This document shows positions 43,555 to 53,365 of a stretch of DNA of 64,000 nucleotides, one piece after another. The position numbers and the translations under genes were made by a program. The notes below the pieces were generated by a model. The model worked only from the letters and a program-made list of their open reading frames with translations. It was not told the DNA's origin and did no database searches. The stretch is from contig JAOPTT010000006.1 in assembly GCA_051531975.1 (NCBI GenBank), positions 192,656-256,655 on the forward strand, given 5' to 3'. The stretch's first letter is position 1. Every line of letters starts with the position of its first letter. Source of the stretch: Spirochaetaceae bacterium (GTDB lineage: Bacteria; Spirochaetota; Spirochaetia; DSM-2461).

Positions 43555-44577
43555 TTATTTATGAACTTCGTCATAACTCTCTAACAGGTCTTTGTAATAA
43601 AGTGCTAGATCAGCAGATTTTTTATCAAAATCCTCTAGAATAGTTGTATCTTCTACAGTTGTTTTACTTTTCATTCCTACAAGCTCTAGGTTCAAATGTT
43701 TTAAACTGTTTATAGATGTAATTATTTTTAGTTGTAATAACTCTTTCTGTTCTTCAAGGCGTTTAATTGTAACAATATGATTATCAATTTCTTCAATAAA
43801 ATTATTATATTCAGTAATTAACCTATCTGACTCAGCTTTATCTCTTTTATCAATAATCTTTGATTTTTCATCCTGTAATTCAGATATTGATATTTGTTTT
43901 AAGGACCTTTCAAGATCTTCTTCTTTTTTTGTAAGCAATTTTATAGTCTCAACATAACTATCAATTTTTGGCAGTAAATCTGCAGCAAAGTATTTAAACT
44001 TAACTCTTATCTCATCAATTACTGTTATTATAGAATTTCTTAAGGTTATAGCTTTTTGTAACTGAGTATTAGGAATATCTTCACCTAAGTCAACTTCAAT
44101 ATTTTCATCGTACTCTACATAACTCTTTTTATTAGTATAAGGACCCCAGTGTGAAGCTATACCAACAGCCATTGCGATTATAGGTATAAAACTCCACATA
44201 AAACCTGGAGAAGTTATAATATTTATCATTAGAAGGTAGATTGAAACTGCTACATTAGAAATTATATGCAGATAAAAATCATGCCTTGATTTCTGGAAAT
44301 TAATTAAAGTATTTAACTCATTCTCATTAATTTCTGTTATTACATTAACTTCCTGTAGATTTTTTGAAGCTACTAAAAGTTCGCCCCAATGGGATGCCAT
44401 TCCTATTCCCCATCCTCCTACTACAAATAGAAACCATGGAAAACTGGCTGAAGTCATCATATTCAATAAAAAAAGTCCTAAATTAACTGCTATATATGTA
44501 ACTAAATGAGTACGCAATTCTTGGTTTGTTTTAATTTCCTGTATTTTTGTCTTTTCTTTAAATGTTTTTAAGTCCAT
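43555..44577 (-). CDS. Protein with two 2TM domains and a C-terminal coiled coil
   Basis: Two H....Y..VN..L..IN...P..W....WGIG..SHW-like repeats, then a heptad-rich region. Confidence 0.75.
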   Translation of the reverse strand: MDLKTFKEKTKIQEIKTNQELRTHLVTYIAVNLGLFLLNMMTSASFPWFLFVVGGWGIGMASHWGELLVASKNLQEVNVITEINENELNTLINFQKSRHDFYLHIISNVAVSIYLLMINIITSPGFMWSFIPIIAMAVGIASHWGPYTNKKSYVEYDENIEVDLGEDIPNTQLQKAITLRNSIITVIDEIRVKFKYFAADLLPKIDSYVETIKLLTKKEEDLERSLKQISISELQDEKSKIIDKRDKAESDRLITEYNNFIEEIDNHIVTIKRLEEQKELLQLKIITSINSLKHLNLELVGMKSKTTVEDTTILEDFDKKSADLALYYKDLLESYDEVHK

Positions 44578-44788
44578 ATATCAATCCTCATAGTATTTAG
44601 TTAGTTTGTCAAGATAGATGAATAGGATTAGATTTTTTTGTAGTTTTTGAATTAAATAATCAAACGGTCATATTGTTTGCAATATAATAAAATTAAAAAA
44701 TATACTCATGTTAAGTAACAAAACTGTTATCTTAAAACATATAATTAATATAAAGATATATAATGATTTAAAAAGGATAGGAATTACT

Positions 44789-46225
44789 ATGGCAAGTTCA
44801 ACTTTTGATAACATATTAAAAGAACGCGAAATAATAAATGAAAAAAGAGTAGCTTATATCCGTTTTTTTCTTTCATCACTAAGCATATTCGAATTTTTAG
44901 CACTTTTTAAGATAATATCATTTGTTCAAGTACCAACAAAGTCTGCCATTATAATCTCAACAGTTCTGTTTGTTTATGCTACAACTGTACTTATAATATT
45001 ATTAAAAAAAATGCATTCAAAATATCTGAAGTTTATTGTGATATTTTTTGATTATTTATATGTATTGTCAAATTTTTTGTTTGATCCAACAATTACTGGT
45101 GAACCTAAAACTATTGCCTGGTATGCGCTAGTAGGAACAATAGTATTTTATCTGATCAATTTATTAAGATACTCGAAGGCAAGCACAATTTATGCTGGTA
45201 TTCTCTCAGTAATAATCTTTTTAAGTGTAAGTATATATTTTAATGCAGCAACTGATGAAATTATCTCTCTGCTTTTTGCTCAAATAGTACTGTTATTAAT
45301 TGGATATTCAATAACCTCATCAAATAAAAAAATGATGATAGAAGCAAACACAAAAAAAATGATGGAACGATATCTTCCTCCTCAGTTGATTGGGGAGTTA
45401 TATAAAGAAAATGTTAGTCTAGAACCTGGAGGTAAAAACCAACATGTAAGTATATTGTTTTCCGATATAAGATCCTTCACTTCTATTTCAGAGTCTATGA
45501 GTGCTGCTGAAGTTGTTAGTTTTCTTAATGAGTACCTATCAGCCATGACCGATATTATTTTTTCTTTTAAGGGAACTATAGATAAATTTATGGGGGATGC
45601 CATCATGACAATATTTGGTGCACCTATTCAGGGATCAGACGATGCTTTAAGAGCAGTTAAAACTGCTATTGCTATGAAAAAGGCTTTAAAAGAGTTTAAT
45701 AGTAGGTATCAAAATTTAAAGGAACCCTTAGAAATAGGTATCGGAATTAATTCTGGAAATGTTATTTCAGGTAATATAGGTTCAGAAAAAAGGTTTGATT
45801 ATACAGTTATTGGGGATAATGTAAATTTATCATCAAGGATAGAGGGGTTAACATTATATTATGGCTGCCCAATACTTATTTCAGGTAGCACTTATATTGA
45901 AATATCAAAAGAGGATATAGACAGCTTTTTTGTCTGTAGAGAAGTTGATAATGTTAGAGTTAAAGGTAGAACAACTTTAGTAAAAATATATGAGATAATG
46001 ACTTTTGAAAACACTATAGAAAAGCAACTATTAGAAGATAAAAAAAATAGTTTTGAAAGAGCATTAGAACTTTATCGAAATAGTAATTTTATTGCTGCTA
46101 TAGAAGAGTTTAAAAACTTAAACAGTGATAAATTATCTTTGTTATACATTAGACGTTGTAAAGAGTTTATATTAAATCCACCAGATAAATCCTGGGATGG
46201 TACATACACAATGGAAACAAAATAA
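44789..46225 (+). CDS. Membrane-bound class III adenylate cyclase
   Basis: About 6 TMs; FSDIRSF, IDKFMGDAIM and DYTVIGDNVNLSSRIE (K/D adenine-specificity pair). ATG 44789 follows AGGA; the ORF track starts at 44708. Confidence 0.88.
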   Translation: MASSTFDNILKEREIINEKRVAYIRFFLSSLSIFEFLALFKIISFVQVPTKSAIIISTVLFVYATTVLIILLKKMHSKYLKFIVIFFDYLYVLSNFLFDPTITGEPKTIAWYALVGTIVFYLINLLRYSKASTIYAGILSVIIFLSVSIYFNAATDEIISLLFAQIVLLLIGYSITSSNKKMMIEANTKKMMERYLPPQLIGELYKENVSLEPGGKNQHVSILFSDIRSFTSISESMSAAEVVSFLNEYLSAMTDIIFSFKGTIDKFMGDAIMTIFGAPIQGSDDALRAVKTAIAMKKALKEFNSRYQNLKEPLEIGIGINSGNVISGNIGSEKRFDYTVIGDNVNLSSRIEGLTLYYGCPILISGSTYIEISKEDIDSFFVCREVDNVRVKGRTTLVKIYEIMTFENTIEKQLLEDKKNSFERALELYRNSNFIAAIEEFKNLNSDKLSLLYIRRCKEFILNPPDKSWDGTYTMETK

Positions 46226-46262
46226 ACACTGGCATTCTGACTATATAAATATTTTAGTGTGC

Positions 46263-47000
46263 TTATGGCTCAGCAGTAGAAAATTGATAAAGAGTTCTAT
46301 ATATCTTTGTATCTTTTGTTTGTAATAATTCCATAATAGTTGTATTTGGGTTTTGCTGTAAATAATCATCAATTAACTTAAATCCCAAAGAATAACCTAT
46401 CCAAGGTAGACTTCCAAAAAACCACTCATCATAATCAAACTTTGTCTTCCAATATTCTTTTTCAGCTAATTCCATATAATATTCCAATTGGGTATCAGTT
46501 AGATTTTTACTCCAAGCTTGAGGTTTGTTTCCTGACATCATTATTTCAAAATGATCAGCCAATCCCTCTGCAACAATGTATGAAAATAAAAATTGTCCTA
46601 TTTCCGCACTTCTATGACGAATGATGTGGCCAATTTCATGTAATAAAATTCGTTTTAAACTGGTGTTGATTAAATGGTCAATATCAGAGAAATCTATATT
46701 CATAACAATTTGTATAGTATTTTTATCTACAAAGCGCCCGCCAATTCCCAAATGAGGTATAATGAGAGGATCACTCTTTCTATGGCTAACTATAACATCA
46801 AGATTATTTATTGAGTAAAGGGACTGACATTGTGCAATCGTTTCATTTATTTTTTGTTCTATTATTGGTTGATATTTAATAAATTCTTCATTCACTACTG
46901 CTTTTAAAAAATATATATTAATATTATCTGATTCTGTGTGGGAACTTTTTGTGCAAGAAGATAATACAATGAGAATAAAAATTAGATGATACCATTTCAT
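46263..47000 (-). CDS. DUF2268-like Zn-dependent protease lipoprotein
   Basis: HEIGH, AEGLADHF and PWIGYSLG motifs; lipobox LSSC when started at ATG 47000 (GAGG RBS). Confidence 0.8.
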   Translation of the reverse strand: MKWYHLIFILIVLSSCTKSSHTESDNINIYFLKAVVNEEFIKYQPIIEQKINETIAQCQSLYSINNLDVIVSHRKSDPLIIPHLGIGGRFVDKNTIQIVMNIDFSDIDHLINTSLKRILLHEIGHIIRHRSAEIGQFLFSYIVAEGLADHFEIMMSGNKPQAWSKNLTDTQLEYYMELAEKEYWKTKFDYDEWFFGSLPWIGYSLGFKLIDDYLQQNPNTTIMELLQTKDTKIYRTLYQFSTAEP

Positions 47001-47714
47001 TTTATTGACCTCTAATGTAAGGATTTTTTTCAAACTTTATTATATAATTTTAATAGTGTTGATATGGATGTCAATGTTTAAAGATTTTTCCGTTCTGATT
47101 CTAACTTAATTTTCTGTTTAAACAATCTAAAACCTTCACCTGATATTGTATATATGAGACTCATTAGCATTAAATAAATTATCATCATAAAAGTAAACTA
47201 TCCATAGAAAGAGACTGTTGTAAAAAAATGGGGTAGGGTTCATTTCCTGAAAATGGCTCCCCGGAGTACCTCAAAGTCACCTAATATGTAGTTTTATTTA
47301 GAATTACCACCTAGATCGTTAATAAATTTGATGGTGGGTATCGATTTCCAGATCGACCTTAAACTTACTATTCCAAAAAAAACATACACCCAATATTAGA
47401 CGCCAATATTCCCTTACTATTAAAGCGGGAGGGAAAGTAAAACAATCGCTGTTATCGTTATCATTAGTATTTAAAATTTGAATACGCTTATTTCAAATAT
47501 GAAAGAGTAACTTTGTGCAAAAATGCATTATGTTTCAATATAGAATAAGAACTAAGACCGCCTTTGTATTATATAACAATAAATGTTCTAAAGAATGATG
47601 ATTCTAAATATCAAACTAGTTCATTATCTGTTGTATCTAATAACCGAGGGGTAATCATTTTTTGAAAAATTAATGAAATAGACTATCCAAATATATTCAT
47701 GTATAATTTCCTCT

Positions 47715-49286
47715 ATGAATAGAATCATAATGATATTAACTATCCTCTTATTTGCAACTTCTATATTCTCAGAGAATAAATATGCCTTAGTCATTGGTAA
47801 TAGTAATTATGATGATTTAGGATCTTTAAAAAATCCCACTAATGATGCTACAGATATGGCTGAAGCACTCAAAAAGATTGGGTTTATTGTTAACCTAATT
47901 AAGGATGCAGATCTACAAAAAATGGAAGAAAGTGTTGCAGATTTTAAAAGAGACCTAGCAAAAAACAAGGATAATATTGGACTCTTTTATTATGCTGGAC
48001 ACGGGATACAGTCAAAGGGTGAAAACTTTTTAATACCAAGTAGAGCTAGAATAGATAGTGAGAATTATCTTAAGTACAAAAGTTTCTCAGTTAATATATT
48101 AATGGATGAGCTTAAATATGCAGGTAATTCACTAAATATGGTAATTTTAGATGCATGTAGAGATAACCCATTTGGCTGGAATAGAAGTGGATCAAGAGGT
48201 TTAACAGTTGTTGGATCTAGACCTACTGGTAGTATAGTTGTTTATGCCACATCAGAAGGTGAGAAAGCATCGGATGGAAATGGTCGTAATGGTCTTTTTA
48301 CAGGTGAATTATTAAAGAATATAACCAAACCAAATATAGATATTAGTGAAGTATTTAGATTAACAGGTGCAGCAGTACAAGATGAAAGTAATGGTGAACA
48401 AATACCAGCAATATATAATAAATATTTTGGTAAGAAAACATTGGTAAAACAAGCAAACTATAAAGCACCAACAAATAACAATATAACTTTCGTAGAACAA
48501 TATGGTTCTTTACAAATTAATGTAGTAGATGCTGGAGACTTATACTTAAATGGAAGTAAGCTAAAATCCTTTAAAAAGGGTGAATCAAGTAAAATACCTA
48601 AACTAAAAACTGGTAGTTACAATCTAGAGTATAGAAGTAGCGGAAATACTGAGAAAAGAAGTATAACTATTACAGATAGCAATGTTTCTAGGGTTAAATT
48701 TCTAGGTGAAGCAATAGCAAAAAAAACTAAATCTTCTGATAAAAAATCAACACCAATTATACAAAAGGGAAAAGAGAATGGTAACTCACATGAAACTACT
48801 TTTCAATCAACATCAAGTAAGGTCAGAAGGGTTGCTTATTTTCCTATATGCCAGTTCATGCCTTTACCATCAGTAATTACAATTAAAATCTATAATATGA
48901 TAGAGGGAGATATTAATGGAATCGGTGAAAAAGATTATAATAGAGATTTTTTTGATAAATATTATATAAAGCAGGGTTCAAATTATATATTAAACAGCAT
49001 CGTTTCTTATCAGAATAGACCTGAATTATGGGGTATCTTGGATAATGCAGGTTATGATGTCGTTAATGCGGCATACAAATTTAATAAAGACCTAAAAACT
49101 ACAATAATTTCTTTTGAGTTAAATATTAATTCTAACGTAATAAATGCAATAAAAAGTGCTGAAATAGTCTCATCTTGTGGAGACAAAAAATTAGATGAAG
49201 CTATACTATATGGATTTAGACAGTCAATATATTCGAATCGTTCTGAAGAAGTAGTAAAAGGGGTGTTTAAATATTATTTTAAATAG
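47715..49286 (+). CDS. Exported caspase-family (C14) protease with PEGA-like and TonB-C-like C-terminal regions
   Basis: Signal peptide, ALVIGNSNY, YYAGHG, ILDACRDNPF. The C-terminus AEIVSSCGDKKLDEAILYGFRQ...YYF resembles TonB_C. Confidence 0.82.
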   Translation: MNRIIMILTILLFATSIFSENKYALVIGNSNYDDLGSLKNPTNDATDMAEALKKIGFIVNLIKDADLQKMEESVADFKRDLAKNKDNIGLFYYAGHGIQSKGENFLIPSRARIDSENYLKYKSFSVNILMDELKYAGNSLNMVILDACRDNPFGWNRSGSRGLTVVGSRPTGSIVVYATSEGEKASDGNGRNGLFTGELLKNITKPNIDISEVFRLTGAAVQDESNGEQIPAIYNKYFGKKTLVKQANYKAPTNNNITFVEQYGSLQINVVDAGDLYLNGSKLKSFKKGESSKIPKLKTGSYNLEYRSSGNTEKRSITITDSNVSRVKFLGEAIAKKTKSSDKKSTPIIQKGKENGNSHETTFQSTSSKVRRVAYFPICQFMPLPSVITIKIYNMIEGDINGIGEKDYNRDFFDKYYIKQGSNYILNSIVSYQNRPELWGILDNAGYDVVNAAYKFNKDLKTTIISFELNINSNVINAIKSAEIVSSCGDKKLDEAILYGFRQSIYSNRSEEVVKGVFKYYFK

Positions 49287-49438
49287 ACTGATATCTTATT
49301 TATTTGTAAGAAGAACTTATTAATTAACATATCTGTACCTCATATAATTCAGTAGCTGGCAAGCTTAGAATTCACATTTTATATTGAACAATAATTAATA
49401 GTTGTACCTTCTATTTAAACTCATATATAATTTCCCCT

Positions 49439-51181
49439 ATGAAAAGAATTATTTTTATATTATCAATCCTCATATTTACAACTTCCTTATTAATCTCAGA
49501 GAATAAATATGCATTAGTCATTGGTAACTCATCATATAGCTCCGCACCATTAAAAAATCCAGTTAATGATGCCAACGATCTATCGACTACATTAAAATCT
49601 GTAGGATTTAATGTTACAAAAGTTACCAACGGATCAAAAAGAGATATTAAAGAAGCAGTTAAATCATTCAAATCAAAAATATCATCAGGTGATACAGCAC
49701 TTTTTTACTATTCGGGGCATGGAATACAGGTTGATGGGAAAAACTACATAATCCCTGTAGGTTCAGACCTTGTAGAAGAGTCAGATGTTGAATACGAAGC
49801 CGTGGAAATGGACTATATTCTTTCGACCTTAGAGGACTCAAGTAGTGGAAAAAATATAATAATATTTGATGCATGTAGAAATAATGCATTACAAAGATCA
49901 TCAAAATCTGCAACAAAGGGTCTAGTTATGACTAAAAGAGAAGTCTCTGAATCTATTATTATATATGCAACTGCCCCAGGTAAAGTTGCATATGATGGTA
50001 ATGGTAGAAATTCCCCTTTTGTTAAAAGCTTAATGAATAATATTAAATTTTCAAATGTAGGAATAGCATCTCTAATGATGAAAGTAATTAAAGATGTTAA
50101 AAATGAGACAGAAGGTAAACAGACTCCATGGGTATTATCTAGTTTAACTGAAGACTTTTATTTTACTAAAAATGCAAACTATAAAGAACCATCTAATAAT
50201 ATTATAACTTTAGAAGAGCTCTATGGCTCTCTGCAGATTACTGTAGATAACCCTGGAGATTTATATCTTGATGATAACAAAATAGGTTATTTTAAGCATG
50301 GTGAATCAAAAAAAATACCAAAACTTTCAACAGGTAAATATAGGCTTGAATTTAAAAGTAATGGTAAATCTGAATATAAAACAATCATGATAGATGAGAA
50401 CAGTATAGCGGAAGTAATTTTTTTTGGAGAAGCAATAGAAAAATTAAAAGAAAATAAACCGAGTAGTTCTGAAATAGAGATGGTTCTAGTTAAATCAGGT
50501 AGCTTTAACATGGGGTCAAATATTGGAGAAATTAAAGAAAGACCAGTTCACAAAGTAACAATAAGTAAAGATTTTTATATAGGTAAGTTTGAAGTTACAC
50601 AAAAACAGTGGGAAACTGTAATGGGTAGTAATCCATCTAGATTTCAAAGGGATGAATTACCTGTAAATCGAGTTTTGAGATTGGCGGTTATACAATTTTG
50701 TAACATTCTAAGTGAGAAAGAAGGATTTATACCAGCATATAAAATAAATGGAAATATAGTTACAATAAATAATTATTCCAATGGGTATCGACTACCTACA
50801 GAAGCTCAATGGGAATTTGCTGCTCGTGGTGGAAATAAAAGTAAGGGTTATAAGTATTCTGGTAGCAATATAGTTAGTGATGTTGCTTGGTATAAAGATA
50901 ACTCAACAAGAAGCCATAATGTAGGAACAAAAAAATCAAATGAGCTTGGAATATTTGATATGACAGGAAATGTTAAGGAGATTTGTTATGATTCTTATTA
51001 TGTTTATAGTCCTGATAGTCAAACAGATCCAATAGGTATCAGTAAATATACAAATTCAATAATACGTGGTGGGGGACACACGAATGATTTAAGATTTTTA
51101 ACCTCTACTTACAGGGGTATTATACCTTCATCTTCAAGTAATTTCGATATAGGTTTTCGACTAGTTCTTCCTGTTCAATAA
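49439..51181 (+). CDS. Exported caspase-family (C14) protease with PEGA-like and FGE/SUMF1-like domains
   Basis: YYSGHG and IFDACR; FGE motifs F.MGS, EVTQ, YRLPTEAQWEFAARGG, GIFDMTGNV, GFRLV. Confidence 0.9.
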   Translation: MKRIIFILSILIFTTSLLISENKYALVIGNSSYSSAPLKNPVNDANDLSTTLKSVGFNVTKVTNGSKRDIKEAVKSFKSKISSGDTALFYYSGHGIQVDGKNYIIPVGSDLVEESDVEYEAVEMDYILSTLEDSSSGKNIIIFDACRNNALQRSSKSATKGLVMTKREVSESIIIYATAPGKVAYDGNGRNSPFVKSLMNNIKFSNVGIASLMMKVIKDVKNETEGKQTPWVLSSLTEDFYFTKNANYKEPSNNIITLEELYGSLQITVDNPGDLYLDDNKIGYFKHGESKKIPKLSTGKYRLEFKSNGKSEYKTIMIDENSIAEVIFFGEAIEKLKENKPSSSEIEMVLVKSGSFNMGSNIGEIKERPVHKVTISKDFYIGKFEVTQKQWETVMGSNPSRFQRDELPVNRVLRLAVIQFCNILSEKEGFIPAYKINGNIVTINNYSNGYRLPTEAQWEFAARGGNKSKGYKYSGSNIVSDVAWYKDNSTRSHNVGTKKSNELGIFDMTGNVKEICYDSYYVYSPDSQTDPIGISKYTNSIIRGGGHTNDLRFLTSTYRGIIPSSSSNFDIGFRLVLPVQ

Positions 51182-51288
51182 GTGGTGCAAAGATCTGAGT
51201 TGTCAAAGTACTTTTCATCTATTTATATAAACAAATTTATCAGTATCTGAATCAGATCCATTATCACGTAAATCTTCTTCTATAAGCT

Positions 51289-51324
51289 CTCCCTTTCATT
51301 TTAAAATAGAGTGCTGAAAGGGAG
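51289..51324. terminator. Probable terminator hairpin between convergent genes
   Basis: CTCCCTTTCA (51289-51298) pairs with TGAAAGGGAG (51315-51324). Confidence 0.6.
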
Positions 51325-51330
51325 TACTTA

Positions 51331-52596
51331 TTAAAAACTACCGTAACCTAAACTAAAACTTAGTTTTATTTCAAATGGTGGGCTAGATGAATCTACACCA
51401 GTAAAATTATAATAGGATAGATCATTCCCATATCGAAATGTTGCACCTAGAGTTATAGAAGCATATTCTATCGGTTCCCACTCTATTTCTGGCATTATCA
51501 TACCAGACTGATCACTTAAATCTCCTAAATAAAGCAATGACAGAGTTATTGTACCTGAATTATTAGTATCAGGTTGCAGCAAAAATCCTTTTTCTATAGT
51601 GACTCCTGCATAATGGTGTCCAATTGTATCCCAGTCATCGGCAGATTGACTCTCTGCATCATACCAATATTGTGCAATTGATAAAAATCTTTTATCTGAA
51701 TTATAATAAAAGATTCCTGCTGTAGTAGATTGCATTAATTGATCTTCTTTTGTAACAATAACAGGTGTAGGGTCTATCTGTGAGTAAAAATCTAGATCTG
51801 AACCATATTGTATTAAACTTTCAGCAAAAAAATCTAATTTCCCTAAAGGTCCTGTAACAAATAAAGATCCTTTTGGAGTTAATGATTGGTTCAATATTCC
51901 CCCTATACCTAGTTCCCAGTTTCCTAATAGGAATTCAATTTTAGGTGCATATGTAATATCTTCTGGTTCTTCAATCTCGTTAGCCACGGTATATAGATAA
52001 AGAGTACTAGTACCAAGTGGAATTTGGGTCTTTAAAGCTAAAGGGCCTTCAATATCGCCATTAAAGTTTGTAGGATCTACTGGTGATATATTTAGCTTAT
52101 CGGTAGCTGTGTAGAGATAACCAACACCCCAATTAATAGTCTGTTTACCAACTCTAAAATAAGCCTTGTTATCCCAGTTAAAATCAGTAAATAGTTCATG
52201 AATAGTTACTGATTCTCCATCGGATAAGTCAAATGGATAAAATGCTTTGGCTTTAGCAAATACCCTGAAATTTGAGTTAGGACGGGCATCAAAAAATAGA
52301 TCTAGTCCAAACTGAGGATCCCATGTTGTATCATCTGCCAGGCCATCAAGTTCATTCCAAATAAAACTGGTACCAAGATCTGAGTATATTTTCCCACCCC
52401 ATAGGAATTCATTTTCTTCTACTTCAAGGCTATCAAGTGGAGATTTTGTCTCCAGGATTTCTACAACAGCGTCTTCTTCTGTTAAACCAAAAAGACTGTC
52501 CTCATCGAAGTTAAGAAAAAGGTCATCTGTATTATCTTCCTGAGCTCCCAAAAACAGTGATAGAGAGAATATTATACAAAATAATTTTAACCTCAT
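51331..52596 (-). CDS. Putative outer-membrane beta-barrel protein
   Basis: Signal peptide, alternating beta-strand pattern, RVGKQTINWGVG motif and C-terminal Phe. Last gene of the Lol-like operon. Confidence 0.6.
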   Translation of the reverse strand: MRLKLFCIIFSLSLFLGAQEDNTDDLFLNFDEDSLFGLTEEDAVVEILETKSPLDSLEVEENEFLWGGKIYSDLGTSFIWNELDGLADDTTWDPQFGLDLFFDARPNSNFRVFAKAKAFYPFDLSDGESVTIHELFTDFNWDNKAYFRVGKQTINWGVGYLYTATDKLNISPVDPTNFNGDIEGPLALKTQIPLGTSTLYLYTVANEIEEPEDITYAPKIEFLLGNWELGIGGILNQSLTPKGSLFVTGPLGKLDFFAESLIQYGSDLDFYSQIDPTPVIVTKEDQLMQSTTAGIFYYNSDKRFLSIAQYWYDAESQSADDWDTIGHHYAGVTIEKGFLLQPDTNNSGTITLSLLYLGDLSDQSGMIMPEIEWEPIEYASITLGATFRYGNDLSYYNFTGVDSSSPPFEIKLSFSLGYGSF

Positions 52597-53351
52597 CTGC
52601 TACTTCCTTCTAGGTAAGCTTTAGTAAAAAGATGATCTGGAAGACTGTTTAGGGATACTTTATCAAATACAAGAATTGTACGATTCCCTCTTTTTATTTC
52701 ATCTATAAAATAGACCTGTCTGTATATATACTTCCCTTCAATTAGGGACCACTTTGGAGCAAGAACTGTACGCATTAGAGTACCTGTTAGACTAAAATCC
52801 TGTTCTTTGTAGGGTAACATCTCTTTTTTCCCAACCCAGAGTTTAATTTGGTGGTAATCCACATTATCGGTTGTTGCTTCAAGATCTAAAATCCAGCAGT
52901 CAATCTTACCAAGTTTTCCTTCAGTTTTATTTACAACTTTATAATCATTCCAATAATCAGAATTACCTAAGTCGTCGTTATTCATATCAGAGTCCTGAAC
53001 AGAATCCCGGGCGGAAGAGTGGCTAAATCGTCTACTCTCTGGGTCGTAAATCCAGTAATTATCACCCTGACCCAGGTATCCTGTTCCTTTATCAATATCA
53101 GGTTTAAGGACTATAGCTAGGAATTTTTCCTCTCCATCGATCTCTTCAGGACGGGAGAAAAGGCTCATTTTTTGGGTAGTTGGATCGGAACCAGCTCTGT
53201 AAGTTACCATAGTAAATTGACAGCTGAAATCACTTTTAAAATTTAGTTTTTCATCTACCATCTTTAATATATCTTCATCAGTTATACTTTGTGCATTTAA
53301 TGTAAAACACAAAATAAAAAATGTTGTAATAGTTATTATCCATCGTTTCAT
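52593..53351 (-). CDS. Outer membrane lipoprotein-sorting protein (LolA-like)
   Basis: P..DKGTGYL....N.WIYDP and DSDMNNDDL motifs; signal peptide. Confidence 0.85.
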   Translation of the reverse strand: MKRWIITITTFFILCFTLNAQSITDEDILKMVDEKLNFKSDFSCQFTMVTYRAGSDPTTQKMSLFSRPEEIDGEEKFLAIVLKPDIDKGTGYLGQGDNYWIYDPESRRFSHSSARDSVQDSDMNNDDLGNSDYWNDYKVVNKTEGKLGKIDCWILDLEATTDNVDYHQIKLWVGKKEMLPYKEQDFSLTGTLMRTVLAPKWSLIEGKYIYRQVYFIDEIKRGNRTILVFDKVSLNSLPDHLFTKAYLEGSSR

Positions 53352-53365
53352 TATATAATTCTCCT

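Noticed and set aside
47520..47660. Integron attC-like TAAC...GTT motifs near the caspase genes
   Set aside because: No extended imperfect palindrome, no repeated attC sites between genes and no integrase.
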